From: Phoronis australis
Taxonomy: Eukaryota > Animalia > Phoronida
Direction of reading: 5' to 3'
Assembly (NCBI GenBank): GCA_002633005.1
Contig: NMRA01000157.1
Location: forward strand, 62,001 to 126,000
Length of the DNA: 64,000 nucleotides
Below the pieces are notes generated by a model. The model was not told the origin of the DNA. It worked only from the letters and a program-made list of their open reading frames with translations, and ran no database searches. The position numbers and the translations under genes are program-made. Of the stretch, positions 61,386 through 64,000 are shown in pieces (within the stretch, counting starts at the first letter, position 1; every line of letters starts with the position of its first letter).

Positions 61386-64000
61386 TTATGCCTAAGTGCT
61401 CAGACAAGGTTCTTAACACTGGCAAATTTTGTTACCTTCCACTTGACAATGGCAGCACCACAGTCTACAGTAATCTTATCTCTCATTACATCCCACCAGA
61501 ATAGATAACGATCATATACCAGTCAATGGAGGACCCTCTGGCCTAAGCAGGCCTTCTCCAACTCTTTCAATCACACTCTGAATAGTCATGAAGAGTCCTC
61601 GACCAGTCAGAGCTTAGCGCTTTTACATGTCCAGCATACAGTTAATCTTGTAGTATTGAACTATTATTCTTTCAAAAGATTTAGTATTATGATAATTGTC
61701 CACTTATTTCATACAAAACAACTCAAATATTTAAATCAAATGTATTATCCAAATCAACGGATTACGCAGACTTTGCAGATGACAGTTGTGTGAAATTAAC
61801 TGAGTAACCAAGCAACGTCAATTGTCCGTTTGCAAAATTAATGAAATGCGACCTACGGGGTGGCCAACTTGATCCAATTCACAACAATTAAGTTACTTTA
61901 TCTTGTTCTAACATACTTTTTCCAACCATAGAACATGACCACTCAGTCAGGTGACACTCATTTAGGTCAACACTTTCGCAGCATGAGATATCTGGTGTAA
62001 ACAGATGAATGGTGTATATACAGTATTCATAACTTAGTAACACAGTCAGAGGTTTGGATTATTGTCCTTAAATATTAGGGCTTTGCATTGATGTGCAAAA
62101 CTGATTGTAGGCTAACTAGGTGAGGCAAGAAATTACCACAAAGAAGCCACATGCAAAATAAGTGAGACAAAATATTACTTTTACAAATAATTTTGAGTGT
62201 GAAATGAAGTGAATTTGTGAAATACGAGAATAATTACCGTAGTACCTATCCTAGTAGTGGAAAATCTTCAGTTTCGCACAATAACAGTCAAATTTGTTGT
62301 TTTTCTCATGCTGAGTACCTTACTACCAATAATGGAAATTTTGCCTAACATGATTGTACAACATCTACTCAGTATAACTCAAGCTAATACAAGATAAACA
62401 TTTTCTTAATCTGTTTTTCTGTGAAAAAAATGACATAAAAATTCCTTGTCAATCATATAGTGTGCTTTAGGTAAAGAATTACCTGAATACTTTTGATTTT
62501 ATTGAGAAACTTTTTTCAGAAATCGGGAGTTCATTTTATGCTCTACAGACCTGGCCTAAATCTGAGACGGCCGTTTTTCAGAGACCTGCCGTTTATTACT
62601 TACCCCAATACTATGACACTACAAAGAGGCACGATGTTTATTGATTTCAGCGAATCTTTGGAAAACTGGATTCTATAAGTAGTTTCAATCTCGTCGAGGT
62701 AAACTTGAACACTTGAACTGGTAACTCCACATTGATTTTTTGTATCCATTCCATATAGGTCACTTAATTATTATACATTTTCAACATTTTACATTAGTTG
62801 TTAATGAGACCATGAAAGAACAGACGCCCAGACTTGACTTTCAAACTATGATATTCATTTATTACACAATGAATGAACTTTGGTGCCTGGTGCCTACTAT
62901 TTGAATCTTTCGTTCAACTGTTTGGCCCCAAAGTTCCTATTCCTGGTTGCATGAAACAGTCAAAACTAGGGATTCAACTAAGTTCCCTAAATCTACTGTG
63001 TATTTGTATCTTTTTTGCTCACAGATGAAATCTATTTCTACCATTTCATCTTCATTATGAGCTCCTCTTTGATTACTGACATTTGCTAATAATACAACTA
63101 AAACCAGAGTCCCGAGTTCAGTGAAAATAAATTGGGACTTAGTTCTTAAATAAGGGGCGTTGCATTATTTATTTTTGATGACATCGAGAATTCAGAGTTC
63201 ACTCTCGATTCATACCCAAAGTAACATCAGATACGAACGATAGACGGCCTGCGCACAAAGTGGAGGCAGCCGTTACAATGCTGTACTTAGCACCATTTTC
63301 GTACATCTCATGAATATTAATGATATCTTTTTATAAACATCACATTTACAACGTGCCCTATGGCAAATGCAAACAGGAAAGTACAACCACATATGAATTA
63401 CTGATGTGAAAGGACAGATCATTCAGTGCATATAAATTATAGTAATCAATACTTACTAAGTACAGTAAAATCTCACCAGTTTTGAACAAAAATAATACCC
63501 AGAATTCCCTTTTGCAGTTATAAAGATCTTCTAACATTCTTGTGAATGCTCACAATTTTGGAAAAATTTTGTCTGATCTTAGCTAAGGTAATAGAACTTG
63601 AACACAGAATTTGTTTCTACGTTAATTTTACAAAACACCGAGAATATAAATTTCATTTGTCCCCCATATCCTGTCCTAAATAGGTAAAAAATTACCAAAA
63701 AAGCTTAGTTTTGCTTTCTGTAGAAACGCCTCAACCACTCATCCCATTATTCTAGTTTTTGTGCTTTTGATAATGCTGCCATGGTAACTATTCCCCCATT
63801 CAGCACATAAAATGGCAGACGAGGGACTTTTTCTGCAAAATTTGTGATTGTCCTCAATCCGAAAATTGTCAAGAGATAAAAATCGTAATTCTGTGTATTG
63901 GCAATAGTCACGTACACAGGTCCCACATTTCAAGGAAAAGTTTTCTCCACTGAATAACGGCCACCAAACTCAGGTTCTCAAAATCCGGGACCCACTGTAA

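Overview
AT-rich, intron- and repeat-rich animal genomic DNA. An invertebrate is likely, possibly a marine deuterostome, but this is inference only. Two spliced genes face each other tail to tail. (1) On the + strand are the last 11 coding exons of delta-1-pyrroline-5-carboxylate dehydrogenase (ALDH4A1; 102-13418, 463 aa; the N-terminus lies upstream of the window). (2) On the - strand is a complete CAMTA coding region (calmodulin-binding transcription activator; 19 coding exons, 45654-19465, about 1303 aa) with CG-1, TIG, ankyrin and five IQ motifs. Its 5' UTR and promoter lie further upstream. All exon boundaries were read by hand and the phases chain without stops. The most interesting signal is in the last CAMTA intron: a series of candidate microexons (11, 19, 31, 26 and possibly 6 nt) amid a cluster of Rbfox-type UGCAUG motifs. 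Singly they shift the frame of a terminal exon that is open in all three frames; in pairs they restore it (11+19=30, 31+26=57). The 31-nt exon matches, in length, phase and position, the frame-shifting alternative exon I recall from mammalian CAMTA1. Other notable items are a 44-bp tandem array that amplifies a CAMTA splice donor, two uORFs ahead of the CAMTA ATG, back-to-back poly(A) signals, many MITE, HINE-like and SINE remnants, and a 1.6-kb duplicate flanking an N-gap that is probably an uncollapsed haplotype.
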